The notes below the pieces were generated by a model. It saw only the letters and a list, made by a program, of their open reading frames with translations. It searched no databases and had not been told where the DNA came from. This document shows positions 39,743 to 55,025 of a stretch of DNA of 64,000 nucleotides, in pieces (the first letter of the stretch is position 1; the number at the start of each line of letters is the position of its first letter). Source of the DNA: Eledone cirrhosa (Eukaryota); NCBI GenBank assembly GCA_964016885.1, contig OZ024740.1:114638001-114702000 (forward strand), given 5' to 3'. A program made the position numbers and the translations under genes.

Positions 39743-40226
39743 TTAAAACAATGAAATAAAAATTCAAGTCATTAGAAATGTACTTCACTGATTTACGATC
39801 GATTCTAGGTGATAATAATACATCGTACGCGTATTTAGTTATCGATCTATGTAGGGTTAGTTACAAAATATCAAATAAGGAATATTTTTACCTACATGTA
39901 TATCATCAGCTGTTGTCAAAAGCAATGACAATTTTGTTCAAAATCAAGAGTAAATCGAGTTCTATGACCTTATTTGGAGGTAGCTGAAGAACAAACCAAT
40001 CAAATGGTTTGTACGATGTATTATTATCACCTAGAAACGATCGTAAAGCAGTGAAGTATATTTCTAATGACTTGAATTTTTATTTCATTGTTTTAACTTA
40101 TATCATGACTCTGTTTTCCAATTGATGTTTTATTGTTTTCCGGGATTTATTTTAACCTAGAACATTTTCAACATATGGATTACATTGAGTTCTTCATGCA
40201 GACTAGACCCTACAACTAACCGTTGA

Positions 40227-40235
<9 letters not shown>
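39737..40235. repeat. Inverted repeat (39737-39828 / 40011-40102) with GAAAC-GATC-GTA hammerhead-like 3' half
   Basis: The arms are clearly complementary and stem III is palindromic; stem I could not be resolved. Confidence 0.55.
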
Positions 40236-40285
<50 letters not shown>

Positions 40286-40529
40286 AATATATAATAAATA
40301 AATATATATATATGAGATTAGAGCAAACATCACGGGCGCTCTATCTCAAAATTATTTTTGAAAAGCATTAGAAATGCACAACCGGTAGAACTTAAAACCA
40401 AAACTGAATAGAAACCTATAGAATACTAGTACTAATTTTTACTTATTCCTAATTAAACTATTTTTCACTGGGAACAATTTGTCAGCATTTTCTTTTCCTT
40501 TTACCAATATATATATATATATATATTTA

Positions 40530-42770
<2,241 letters not shown>

Positions 42771-42822
42771 CCACACACACACACACATACACACACACGC
42801 ATGCACACGCGCACGCTAATAT

Positions 42823-42893
<71 letters not shown>

Positions 42894-43025
42894 CTCTCTC
42901 TCTCTCTGTATAAGAGTTGAACAATGTTTCAACATGTAAAAATAACCCCCTCCCCCACAAAAAACCCCACCCACACATTCCTACTGACCGATTCATTTCT
43001 ATTATCACAACAATGGGCCACTTTA

Positions 43026-43081
<56 letters not shown>

Positions 43082-43557
43082 TTGTCTTAATTGACACCTG
43101 AACTGTTCACCTCTCAACATGACTGCAACTCAATGAAGCGGAAAATGACACTCTTCGACAAACCTACATTTGGCGCGAAACCAGTTCGCTAAAATCAATT
43201 TAAACATTCACATGACTTCTAGCGACCAATCAAAATTGTTTTGACTACCAGAATTTTTGCAACACGAATTGGCGCGAAATTTATAGTGCTTATTCGCGTG
43301 ACATTTAACAACCAACCGAATGTTAATACCTTCCACTTTTTTCACATAAAACAGGAAGAATTTCCCAAACTGATCAGATCAGAGCAAAAATCACGAGCAC
43401 TCTATCTCAAAATTATTTTTAAAAAACATAAGAAATGTGCAACCGGTAAAAACTTAAAACTAAAAACTGAATATTAAGTAATACTTATTACTAATTTATA
43501 CTTATTCCTAATTAAACTATTTTTCACTGGGAAATTTTGTCAGATTTTCTTTTCCTT

Positions 43558-43632
<75 letters not shown>

Positions 43633-44299
43633 CTGTGTCGATGAGAGTGGGGCTGAGAATGAATGATACTAAAACAAAATATCTGGTAGAGAATGTTGAG
43701 AAGCCGCTAGAATTGGTTGAGGACTTTCTGTATTTGGGAGCAAAGATTGGGAATACGGAAGATGATGTGGTTGAGAGGAAGAGCAAAGCCTGGGCGGCGT
43801 GCCACAGCTTGAGATCAGTGTGGAAGTCGGACCTTCGTAAAGACCTGAAAATGCGCCTCTTCATTGCTGTAGTGGAGTCTGTGCTGCTGTACGGGTCTAA
43901 GACTTGGACACTGACCAAGAAACTAACTCAGATAGTGGATGGGTGCTACACGAGAATGCTGAGGATGGCTCTGAACATTAATCAGTATACACTGAGGATG
44001 AAAAACTCAGAGCTGTATGGGAGCCTCCAAAAAGTCAGCTCAAAAGTGACTCAGACGAGACTGAGGTTAGATGGACATGCTCACCGATGTCAAGAGTTGA
44101 CATTGCACTCAGTGCTCCTGTGGTAGCCCCTACATGGACACACAGGAAGAGGAAGACCAAAGTTAACATATGTTGGTGCCCTAAGAACAGACATTGGTCT
44201 GTTAGAACGCAGGACATGGCAGCGATAATGAGGGACAGAGACCGCTGGAGAGAACTCGTCCATGGATCTCGTGAATTTTACCCGCCCTAGAATAGAGTA

Positions 44300-44303
<4 letters not shown>
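43633..44303 (+). pseudogene. RTE-clade LINE 3' portion with (TAGAA/TAGAG) tail
   Basis: VGLRMN..KTK, VEDFLYLG, VESVLLYGSKTWTLT and YTRMLRMAL; inserted in (TA)n. Confidence 0.85.
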
Positions 44304-44329
<26 letters not shown>

Positions 44330-44343
<14 letters not shown>

Positions 44344-44560
44344 GAGAATGTCTGTCTGGCCGTCTGTCCGTTCACTAAAGCTCGAGAACCACCCAATCGA
44401 TTGTTTTCAAACTTTACACATGTAATACTTATGGTCCTGTGAGTGTTTTGAGCAAATACAATTTCAAATGTTCAATGCCCTAGGGACCGCACTAGGCGAT
44501 TTAGCGATATCTCTCTATAATTCATGGTCTCACTCTTTTTAGATAGATACATAGATATAA
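44330..44560 (+). mobile_element. Probable Helitron 5' fragment
   Basis: TATATATAAAACAGAGAATGTCTGTCTG...cccaatcgattgttttcaaactttacac resembles the start of the 3759 Helitron. No 3' CTAG end was located. Confidence 0.45.
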
Positions 44561-44624
44561 CGTTGCGCCCTTATAATATCTATCTCTATGTCTGGCTGTC
44601 TGCATTACGACATTATGACGCGGG

Positions 44625-44716
<92 letters not shown>

Positions 44717-44736
44717 ATTATTATTATTATTATTAT

Positions 44737-46080
44737 TTGCATTTATCTTGCTTTATGTTTATACGAGTTATCACCAAGTCACAACCAGTGACCTCAAGAG
44801 ACAACAAGGTCCGCCATGTTCAAGAAAGAACACACATATTCACACATGCATCCTTAGTGTTTAGACTTGTGATGTACTTATATTGACAGGATCTTCCTTA
44901 GTATATGGGCAGTTCCCATTAGTACTATCTTTTGTATTTCTCCTATACGCGGGTTTCCTGGGATTTGCGATAAGTAGTCGTTAGACCCCTTAGGTATCAT
45001 TCCCAGAGCGCCTACAACCACTGGTATTGTTTTAGTTCTCAATTTCCACATTTTTCCAATTTCTATCTCCAGGTCCTTATACTTGCTCAATTTTTCAAAT
45101 GTTTTTATAGATACATTCTTGTCTATTGGAACAGACATATCAATTAGCAGGCATACCCTCCTTTGAAAGTCCTTCAATATTATATCAGGTCTATTTGCAT
45201 CTATTTTTTGGTCTGTTTGGATGCTAAAGTTCCACAAGATTGAGATGTGATCTTTTTCAAGTATGGGAGGTGGTTGATGCTCCCACCAATTCTTTTGATG
45301 GGGCAGTTCAAAATGCTTGCACATTATCCAATGTATGTATTGTGCAGCTCTGTCATGCCTGTTTAGGTATTCGGTTGGAGCTATAAGACTGCACATTGAA
45401 ATTATATGGTCAATGGTCTCTGGTTGTTTTTTGCATACACGGCATAATGGGCTGCACCCATTTTTTATTATGTTGGCTTGGTAATTTTTTGTTGGCAGAC
45501 ACTGATCTTGTGCGGATATAATCAGTCCTTCAGTCTCCGATTTCAGTCCAGAGGATGCCAACCACTGATGGGTTAAAGTTTTGTCAACATCAGGATTGTT
45601 AGCTCGCTCTGGGTATTTTCCATACAGAGGCTTTTCTTGCCATTTCTTAGCCTGTTTCTGTAGCAGTTCTTTCTTTGCAGTTACTTTTACCTGCTTTGCT
45701 TTTTCTGTGTTTTCCATTTCAGCAGTAAATGGGACTTCTGAAATTTGTAGTCCATTACTGTATCTTTGTGCATCTTTTGTAATGGAATATGATCTTTTGG
45801 TGCTTTCGTGTTTCAAAACGAGTTTGATCATCCAATCATGTGATTCCCTTAGATATGTGGATAATCCAATTGTTGCAGTTTTCAACGCAATGTCTAACTG
45901 GATTAACCCACGTCCTCCTTCTTTCCTAGGGAGATATATTCTATCTATGTCTGCCTTAGGGTGATGCATTCTGTGCATGGTTAAGAATTTTCGGATTTTT
46001 GTATCGAGCCTACGGATCTCTGTGCTTGACCAGTTGATGACATTGTAACTGTAGGTTACTACTGGTATGGCAAGCGTGTT
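44737..46080 (-). mobile_element. 5'-truncated Dong/R4-clade LINE inserted in (TAA)n
   Basis: Open ~400-codon frame (44878-46080) with LYLPRKEGGRGL-like motif, CRVC..ETIDHIISMC, RHD, RPDII and LIDMSVP (RLE). (TAA)n on both sides, the target known for Dong. Confidence 0.9.
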
Positions 46081-46104
46081 TATTATTATTATTATAAATG
46101 TAAG

Positions 46105-46356
46105 TGTCTGTAAATTAAAGGTGGAAAACTGGGAGAGGGCACTTGCCCTGGTGGTCAGGGCCACTGTGGTCTTTTAATGGGCTTTCTCCACAAATGTCCC
46201 TTGGAAGTCTCCCCCCTATTGGGGAATTTTTCTTTATTATTTTATTTCAACCTCTGTTTTTTTTACACGCAGAAATGCCCATTTGTACCGTCCTGTATTG
46301 TCCTGTACTGTCCTTAATGTCTACTTTATGTGAACCCTTGTGGTTAATAAAGAAAA

Positions 46357-46357
<1 letters not shown>
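46105..46357 (+). mobile_element. 3' tail of a Tx1-like LINE with target-site duplication
   Basis: Ends CCCTTGTGGTTAATAAAGAAA like the Tx1 tails in this window. Flanked by duplicated (TTA)nTAAATGTAAG (to 46104 and to 46421). Confidence 0.6.
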
Positions 46358-46414
<57 letters not shown>

Positions 46415-46770
46415 AATGTAAGCTATCGCCGTATTTTGAGTAAAGAAAATAGAAACAATTATTGATTTAAAGTAGAGTAGCCTTATTTTTTTCTTTCGTT
46501 TGTTCAGACATATAAATACAAAACGATGTTCTTTACATATTTTTTCAATATAGTTCTTCGATTTTCAATTAATTTATCTCATAATATAATTTTGGTTTAA
46601 TATAGCAATTATAATTGTACATTATTCGTAGTGTATATTTATCATTTATTGATTTTTTAAATATTTCAATAAGCCATAAATGTAAAATAATACACACATT
46701 ACAAAGTCATAAAAAATTTATCGATTATGAAATCCTATATATGATTACATATATATTAGTTTTAACAGTA

Positions 46771-46827
<57 letters not shown>

Positions 46828-46882
46828 CCCCAGCATGGCCTCAGCCGGATGGCTGAAACAGGTAAAAGAGTGATATATATAC

Positions 46883-46970
<88 letters not shown>

Positions 46971-46975
<5 letters not shown>

Positions 46976-47345
46976 ATTAAATAAATGGAAAACTATATTT
47001 ATAAAACCATATTTATTTCATTATATATATTTCGGGGATATCATATTAACAATATGCTATGCCTTCATCAGACAAAATACAATATAAACAGTTTTATAGA
47101 TAAATATATTCGACATACCGTAATAAACATCAACTTCATTTGAAGAGGTTTACTCTGCTAGAGTAAACCTCTTCAAATGAAGTTGATGTTTATTACGGTA
47201 TGTCGAATATATTTATCTATAAAACTGTTTATATTGTATTTTGTCTGATGAAGGCATAGCATATTGTTAATATGATATCCCCGAAATATATATAATGAAA
47301 TAAATATGGTTTTATAAATATAGTTTTCCATTTATTTAATATTGT
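46971..47345. repeat. Apparently perfect 186-bp-arm palindrome with a hammerhead in each arm
   Basis: Arms 46971-47156 / 47160-47345 with a 3-nt loop. HHR TATTTTGT-CTGATGA-...-GAAAtatataTA^ATGAAATA at 47237-47302 (+) and 47014-47079 (-). Confidence 0.85.
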
Positions 47346-47430
47346 AAATATACTCCAAATATTTGTCGAGTGCTTTTATATCAGTTATAAATATTTACTA
47401 GTTGTAACCCAACAATTTTAAATATAACTT

Positions 47431-47511
<81 letters not shown>

Positions 47512-47529
47512 TTATATTTATATTCACGC

Positions 47530-47582
<53 letters not shown>

Positions 47583-47600
47583 TTATATTTATATTCACGC

Positions 47601-47640
<40 letters not shown>

Positions 47641-47666
47641 TTACTGTTAAAAGTAATATGTATGTA

Positions 47667-47720
<54 letters not shown>

Positions 47721-47922
47721 CATATATATATATTCCTTCCCTCTCTTCTCGTTTTTCCCAATAAACTTACCTAGTTATTGAACGCTCTGGTGGTAGATAT
47801 ATCGTCTTCAAAGCGTTGAAATATCCGAGACTCCAGTAGACAACTGTTGAGGAAAACTGCCCCTCCCCCATTCTTATATACATATATATAAATATGTGTT
47901 TATATATAAATATATATATTTA

Positions 47923-48129
<207 letters not shown>

Positions 48130-48499
48130 CAAAAGACTAGCTGGTAAACAAACTACCACCAAACAACAAAGGAAAAGAATGAGGATTAGGCAACATTCCG
48201 AAGCCTCCAAGAGGCAGCTTGGGATAGCATTGACTTTACGAATTAGAACAAGAATTGGTTCGATGAAAACAAGGAAATCGCAAAACTGATCTATACTACA
48301 ATCGAGGCTAACCTATCAATTGAATTAGATCAAACTTCAACCATGAAGAAATAACGCTTCTAAGACGTCGACCGGATATTTCAAACTCGAATCAAAGATA
48401 TTATAAGTGACTGGTGGTTAGGAATAGCTATAGAGATTTAACAATATGCAAAGGCTAGGATCTTAGAAATATATACAACTACAACTACTACTAAATTTA

Positions 48500-49040
48500 T
48501 CCACTCCTATGTTTTGTCATGATAAGACCATTCCATCTAACACGATCAAGTATTAACTGCCTCATTTCTTCACCGGATAGTTCAGAATCTTCCTCAATGT
48601 CTCTCATTAATGTCCTGAGAGATCTTTCGCGTGTGCGTTTCACATTAGTGGGCTTCCATAGCAAAATCGTGTAGCAGGTTCGTTGCCTCTCCTGATATGA
48701 CCTGCAATTTGACGTCGCCTAATACGAATAGAATGGCTAATGGGTGGGAGGTTGCGGTAGAAAATATTGTTTGTAACACACACGGTCACGATGGTTGATG
48801 TTTCTTATCCTTTATCCTAAAGATTTGGTGATGATATTGTCACCGACCATGATTCACTGGGATAGAGTCAGTTTGATTCCACTATAGCTTGGAATAATCT
48901 AACTTTGATTTTTGTGTTTATGTTAGATTTCCACACCATATCTATTGAGTTCATAGCAGACTACGCTTGTGCTATCCTGTTGTTTATTATTTGACGAGTT
49001 GTTATTTGAAATCGTCCACATTTTCGAGATCCATATTGCT
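48500..49040 (-). pseudogene. Old RTE LINE 3' remnant
   Basis: Minus translation fragments LENVDDF, VWKSNI, KVRLFQAIVES and LYPSESW. Confidence 0.65.
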
Positions 49041-49254
49041 TAATGATTTGATGTCTGTTTATATATTCGGTTTTGTTGATATTTAGCTTCAGTAGAAAAC
49101 TCTGTCCTACTCATTGAATGTGCACATAAGACAATGACATCAGTGAATTCCATATCTACCAGGTGTTGTGATGGATATCTCGAACTTCTACACTTTTGAA
49201 AGGTAGATACATATCTACCTTTCAAAAGCGTAAAAGTACGATAGATATATATGA

Positions 49255-49311
<57 letters not shown>

Positions 49312-49879
49312 TATATATATATATATATATCTGTAATAATGATCCCCTTTCAAAACTCCTTACTATAATTTAAACATCTCCCTATTTATTATTTATTATA
49401 TATATTGTTTTTTATTTACTTCAAATCACATTTCTAATTTTCAATCATAATTTCCACTGTGAAGCCATAATATCTAGAACTAACCTTATATTCTCTTAGC
49501 GGGTGAAGGATGGTCAATTATATTGTCCAAGCATAATTTAGGGGTAGTATCGAAGCCTATTGAAACTCATACTCTGCCTCCACCACTAGGTTTCGGTCAA
49601 CGGCCACTGCAGGGCGACTAGTAGTATACTATAACCGTGTCATATTACCGACCTGGATGGGGGTGATTGTTTAGTTGAGGTGTGGGAGGACCTGCCTACG
49701 TGAGTTTCGTAGAGTTTTGGGGTAGTGGATGGTCAACTTCCTTCGGATTTGCACCTGCGCAAACCGGCGGGGGTAAATCCACAAGGGAACGGGCGAAGAA
49801 TTCAAGAACACCCGCTTTGTCCGTTCCCTTGTCGATTCAATTTGGATTGCCTCGGGAACGTAAGCTTATTATGTAAGAA

Positions 49880-49954
49880 GCTGTCTGATGATGTCACGGT
49901 AATGGGTACGTGGAATCGTGTGGCCACTGTAGTCATTGAAATATGTATCACTGC
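49880..49954 (+). ncRNA. Hammerhead motif in a GC-richer structured element (~49560-49995)
   Basis: GCTGT-CTGATGA-...-GAAAtatgtaTC^ACTGC followed by AATAAA. A strong upstream hairpin lies at 49776-49837. Confidence 0.6.
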
Positions 49955-50014
49955 ATTATCAATAAAGTACTTTCATGTGAAACTACTTCGCATTTTCCTA
50001 TTCTCTCTCTGTCG

Positions 50015-50087
<73 letters not shown>

Positions 50088-50103
50088 GTATATAGTATAT
50101 ATA

Positions 50104-50788
50104 TATAGTATATTTGGCAATATACCGTATGTTTAATTAAAAACATTTTGAAGACCTTGCGCTATAATTTGAAAGTAGTGACTATGTCACTTACTTCTTT
50201 CGCCGAACCGAAAAGAAGTAAGTGACATAGTCACTACTTTAAAACCGATAGCGCAAGGTCTTCAAAATGTTTTTAATTAAACATACGGTATATTACCAAA
50301 TATACTATACCTACATTCATGTATACATCGCTATTTCATAGCACCAATCCTAATTTATATATATATATATATAAGAATTGGTGCTCTGAAATAGCTATGT
50401 ATATATGAATGTATATACACTGTATGCTTAATTAAATACAGTGTATTGCAAAATACACTATATATACATTCATATATATATAACTATTTCAGAGCACCAA
50501 TTCTAATTTTCAATTTCTGCTTGACCGGCCACCGCTCTGTATAATCAGTTCCTGATTATTTACTAGAATTCTATAAGAACCAAACATCCATGATTTCAGC
50601 AGACAGGAGGAGTAGTTGGCTTTGATAAGCATCAATAAATGCGAAACAAGGCCTTGTCAGCTTTATCTCCCCCTGTTTGCTGAAAATTAAAGTAAGTGTG
50701 TCTGTCACTACTCTAAAACATTAGCATAAGGTCTTCGAAATGCTTTTAATTAAGCATACAGTGTATTGCAAAATACACTATATATACA

Positions 50789-50800
<12 letters not shown>
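50104..50800. mobile_element. Fold-back (50104-50309) plus ~320-bp monomer related to the 312-bp family; HHR at 50618-50662
   Basis: gtgtattgcaaaatacacta at 50441 and 50761. HHR GGCT-TTGATAA-GCATcaataaATGC-GAAACAAGGCCTTGTC^AGCT. Shares ttctaattt..gaccggccaccgctct..cagttcctg with the 312-bp unit. Confidence 0.75.
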
Positions 50801-50838
<38 letters not shown>

Positions 50839-50839
50839 A

Positions 50840-51205
50840 ATTATTCCCTCGGAAAGGTCCAGGAAAAATGTAGATTACAGAGCTTAATAGTTATGTAATA
50901 AACAACATAAGGTAATTATTTCATTTACCAGTGGTTTCTTGAAAGCAAACAAAATTAGCTTTCAATCATCAGAATGAAAAAATCCTGGGGTATTTATTGA
51001 CATTGGATTTTAAAAACTAAAATATAATCTATATGAAAGTGAGGCTGGAAAAGGAATTGATATAGATTATATTTTGATTTTTAAAATCCAATGTCAATAA
51101 ATACACCAGGATTTTTTTCATTCTGATGATTGAAAGCAAATTTTGTTTGCTTTCAAGAAACCACTGGTAAATGAAATAATTACCTGATGTTGTTTATTAC
51201 ATAAC

Positions 51206-51207
<2 letters not shown>
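50840..51207. mobile_element. Fold-back element with two canonical hammerheads (50919-50979 -, 51116-51176 +)
   Basis: TTTCATT-CTGATGA-TTGAAAGCAAAttttgTTTGCTTTCAA-GAAACCAcTGGTA^AATGAAA. Arms ~50888-51034 / 51060-51207. Confidence 0.85.
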
Positions 51208-51237
<30 letters not shown>

Positions 51238-51286
51238 CATACCTATTGTTTCACCTTATTCGGATCATCATATATTTTTTTTTTAG

Positions 51287-51329
51287 ACCGAGCTGATGAT
51301 GAGAATAAGGTGAAACAATTGTTCTCGGT
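51287..51329 (+). ncRNA. Minimal hammerhead with palindromic stem III
   Basis: ACCGAG-CTGATGA-tgagaataaggt-GAAAC-AATT-GTT^CTCGGT. A partial inverted copy lies at 51245-51270. Confidence 0.7.
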
Positions 51330-51894
51330 ATGGTGAACTAACTATTGTGGAACTACTTCTACCAAAGTCGTCTCTTGTACTGAGTTCTCTACTACTACCC
51401 ATATAACCTAGCTGTGTTCTTCTATTATATATATATATTTTTCCCCCTATTCTTTAATATCAGAGTGGGATTTCTCCCCCCCTCTCTCTCTCTTTCACCC
51501 CCTCTCTTACTATCTCTCACATTCTCTCTTTCTCTCTCTGCCTCAACCTTGTATCTGTGTTCATATATTGCGTTACATCTATTTACATTCGTTTCAGTCT
51601 ACTCTTACTCGTGCTACGATTACTTCTATCACACTTACCGACATACTTCGGTATATATCACAATCTGCTTGGTTGACTGTCTGCCTCTATTGCTGGTTGA
51701 CAGTTGCTTCATTTGTCACGCCCTCACCCCATCGTTATTAATCTGTCAATATCATTTATCTCTATGTCTTATTCACTCTCTTTCATTTCTCTCAACACAT
51801 TCTATATTGATACCTCCCATATACCTATAACATGACATAGAAAGCCGAAAGTAGCATGTGACTAGGCCTTAAATATCTATTTATCTATCAGCAA

Positions 51895-51999
<105 letters not shown>

Positions 52000-52511
52000 T
52001 ATATATATATATATATATATATGTATATACGCACACAATAGTAATATCATGTAGAATATAATTTTTGACATAGGAAAAACTAAATTTCGAACACGAAATC
52101 ACATGTTGCATGTTGTATAGCGAAGGAAGAAACTGATTACAAGATGAGGTTACGTTATCAAACTGTATAGTTTTGATAAATTTATTATAGCATCTCTGAA
52201 AGGTCACACGACAAACTGTCTTATAAGATGACAAATTACTACTTGATCCCCGCAAGTAATGGATATGCATATATTCTAGATTGAAAATTCATAGCTATAC
52301 ACGCACACGCACAACGCGCACGCACAACACACACATACACACATACAGACATACACACATACACACACACACATATATACATATATATATCCATGTGTGC
52401 TGATACCCATCTTTTTCCGTTCAATAGGTTTATACACCCTATTATGAGACAATTAAATTTAGCTAAGAATTTACGGCAAGGCATTCTATTTCAATTGCAC
52501 GCACACACACA

Positions 52512-52550
<39 letters not shown>

Positions 52551-52685
52551 GCGCGCACGCACACCCACATATAACACACACACTCATATATAAATCTTTC
52601 TCTCTCCCCTCTCTCTCTCACCCCCTCCATCTCTCTCTATATATACATATATATGTATATATATATACATATATGTATATACATA

Positions 52686-52769
<84 letters not shown>

Positions 52770-53044
52770 ATATATATAATATATATATAATATATATATA
52801 TATTAAAAATAGCAAAACAATTGATGCTTTGGAGAGGATCAATTAGTGGTCGTTAGACATGCTCAACCAACCGTGACGCCTAAACCAATCAGCTTTAGTA
52901 ATTCAGTGAAACTACACACCGATTGGTCGAAATACAGTTTGCAAGATTTACCATTCTGGATCCACTTTTCACTGTTTATAAGGAACAAAATTTATCCATC
53001 TCATTACAGTTGAAAATTGCAAACTTGACTGTCACCACACATTA

Positions 53045-53083
53045 TGAACCTGAAGATTGCGAAAGTATGAAAGTACTTGTTCA
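53045..53083 (+). ncRNA. Minimal hammerhead with palindromic stem III
   Basis: TGAAC-CTGAAGA-tTGCgaaaGTAt-GAAAG-TA-CTT^GTTCA. Confidence 0.7.
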
Positions 53084-53239
53084 ATTAACACTTAACATTT
53101 AATATTCTACCATACTATTTCATTCTAATACCATTATAAATTTTAAAGGATTGTAAAGAAAACGAGTAAATCAGACAAAGTTGGAATTCCTTTTATTAAT
53201 ATAATCTTCTATACACAATCATACACACCCATGTATATT

Positions 53240-53422
<183 letters not shown>

Positions 53423-53649
53423 GAATTAGAATTTAGCTTCGAACAGAGCTGTATAGAAAAATGAAATGTATTTACATTTCATATTTCTAAAGAAATACGC
53501 TATGTTAATAAATAAACATTTAGAAAGCCATAACAATATAAACACACTGGCAGCTAACGCCACCAAGCGGTGCCCGGCAAAAGAAAGGGGGACAATCGTC
53601 GTTGCATTTCGAGCACAATTAGTCCTCTTCACAATATATATATACATTC

Positions 53650-54068
53650 TAAATTTTAGTTTTAGTTTTCGCCACGGTTAGACGTAACTCGCTCGATATT
53701 CAAATGAGGCTCCTCAGCCGGTGTGCACTCTATATTTTCAACCGTTCAACAGATTGGCATAGGTGTATAATCCTGATGAAGGGTAATGACCCAGAAACAT
53801 GTTGATTCTTCCTCAGTGCTAGTGTTGAATAAACCGATGACGATTTGTCATTCACAAGGTACAGCTTCAATCAGGCCGTTTGTTTACAAACGAATCGATT
53901 ATAATTGTTAATGTTCGATATATTACATACGTACATATGTATATACATACACACGTACACACACACATATAAAACACATACTCATATATAAATCTCTCTA
54001 TATATGTGTGTATTCATATATGTGTGTATGCATATATGTGTGTGTGTATATATATACATATATGTGTG

Positions 54069-54101
<33 letters not shown>

Positions 54102-54528
54102 CTATATATATATATGTGTGTGTGTTAGTGTGTGTGTGTACGTATGCATACTTACATTTGTGTATCAGCTGCCCTGGGGCGAGATATAAAATTTTAATTT
54201 CATCGTTAGTTTTCGGCAGGGTCAACCGTAACTCGGTCGGTATGCTAATGAGGCTACTCCGCCGATGTGTACTTAAGTAAATACTATATATTTTCAACCG
54301 TTCAACAGATTGGCAGAAGTATGCAGACCTGATGACGGGTAATGACCGAGAAATATCGTAATTGTTCCTCAATGTCAGTGTTAAACAAATCGATGACAAC
54401 TTGTCATCGACATGACACAGCTTTAAACGGGCCGTTTGTTAACAAACGAATCGAATATTATTATTGATTTTCGAGTTAACCCATACATACATATATGTAT
54501 ATGTATAGATGTGTGTGTGTATAGATAG

Positions 54529-54581
<53 letters not shown>

Positions 54582-54640
54582 TATGCATACTTACATTTGT
54601 CTATGAGCTGTGATAGGGCGAGAAATAAAATTCTAATTTT
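53650..54640 (+). mobile_element. Diverged tandem copies of an HHR-bearing element (HHR 53769-53807; degenerate HHR ~54325-54365)
   Basis: AATC-CTGATGA-aGGGTaatgACCCa-GAAAC-AT-GTT^GATT. ttttcaaccgttcaacagattggca occurs twice, and tacgtatgcatacttacatttg at ~54140 and ~54578. Confidence 0.7.
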
Positions 54641-54862
54641 ATATATATACTTGAGCCCCGTGACCTTGAGACATGTTCACTCAAAAATAATGTTTAAATA
54701 ATTAAAATAGACACAGACATATATATATAATGTGAAATGAAACTGGAAGGCTAATATATATATGAGTGTGTTTATATATATATATTCGAGTGTCTGTCAT
54801 CTATATGGACTGGTCATAGACACACACACGCATATACACTCATATATATATATATATATATA

Positions 54863-54979
54863 TAACGAAGGAAATGTGGTAAGGAACCAGGTGGACCATA
54901 ACGCACCAAAGTACTCAATACTTAGGGTAGTAGAGTGGGTAATAGGAACCAGTAAGACCCCAACGGGGTCTTACTGGTT

Positions 54980-54984
<5 letters not shown>
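54863..54984 (-). mobile_element. Short tail of the 24160 family ending in a 20-bp hairpin
   Basis: ATAGGAACCAGTAAGACCCC-aac-GGGGTCTTACTGGTTCCTAT. Confidence 0.7.
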
Positions 54985-55025
<41 letters not shown>

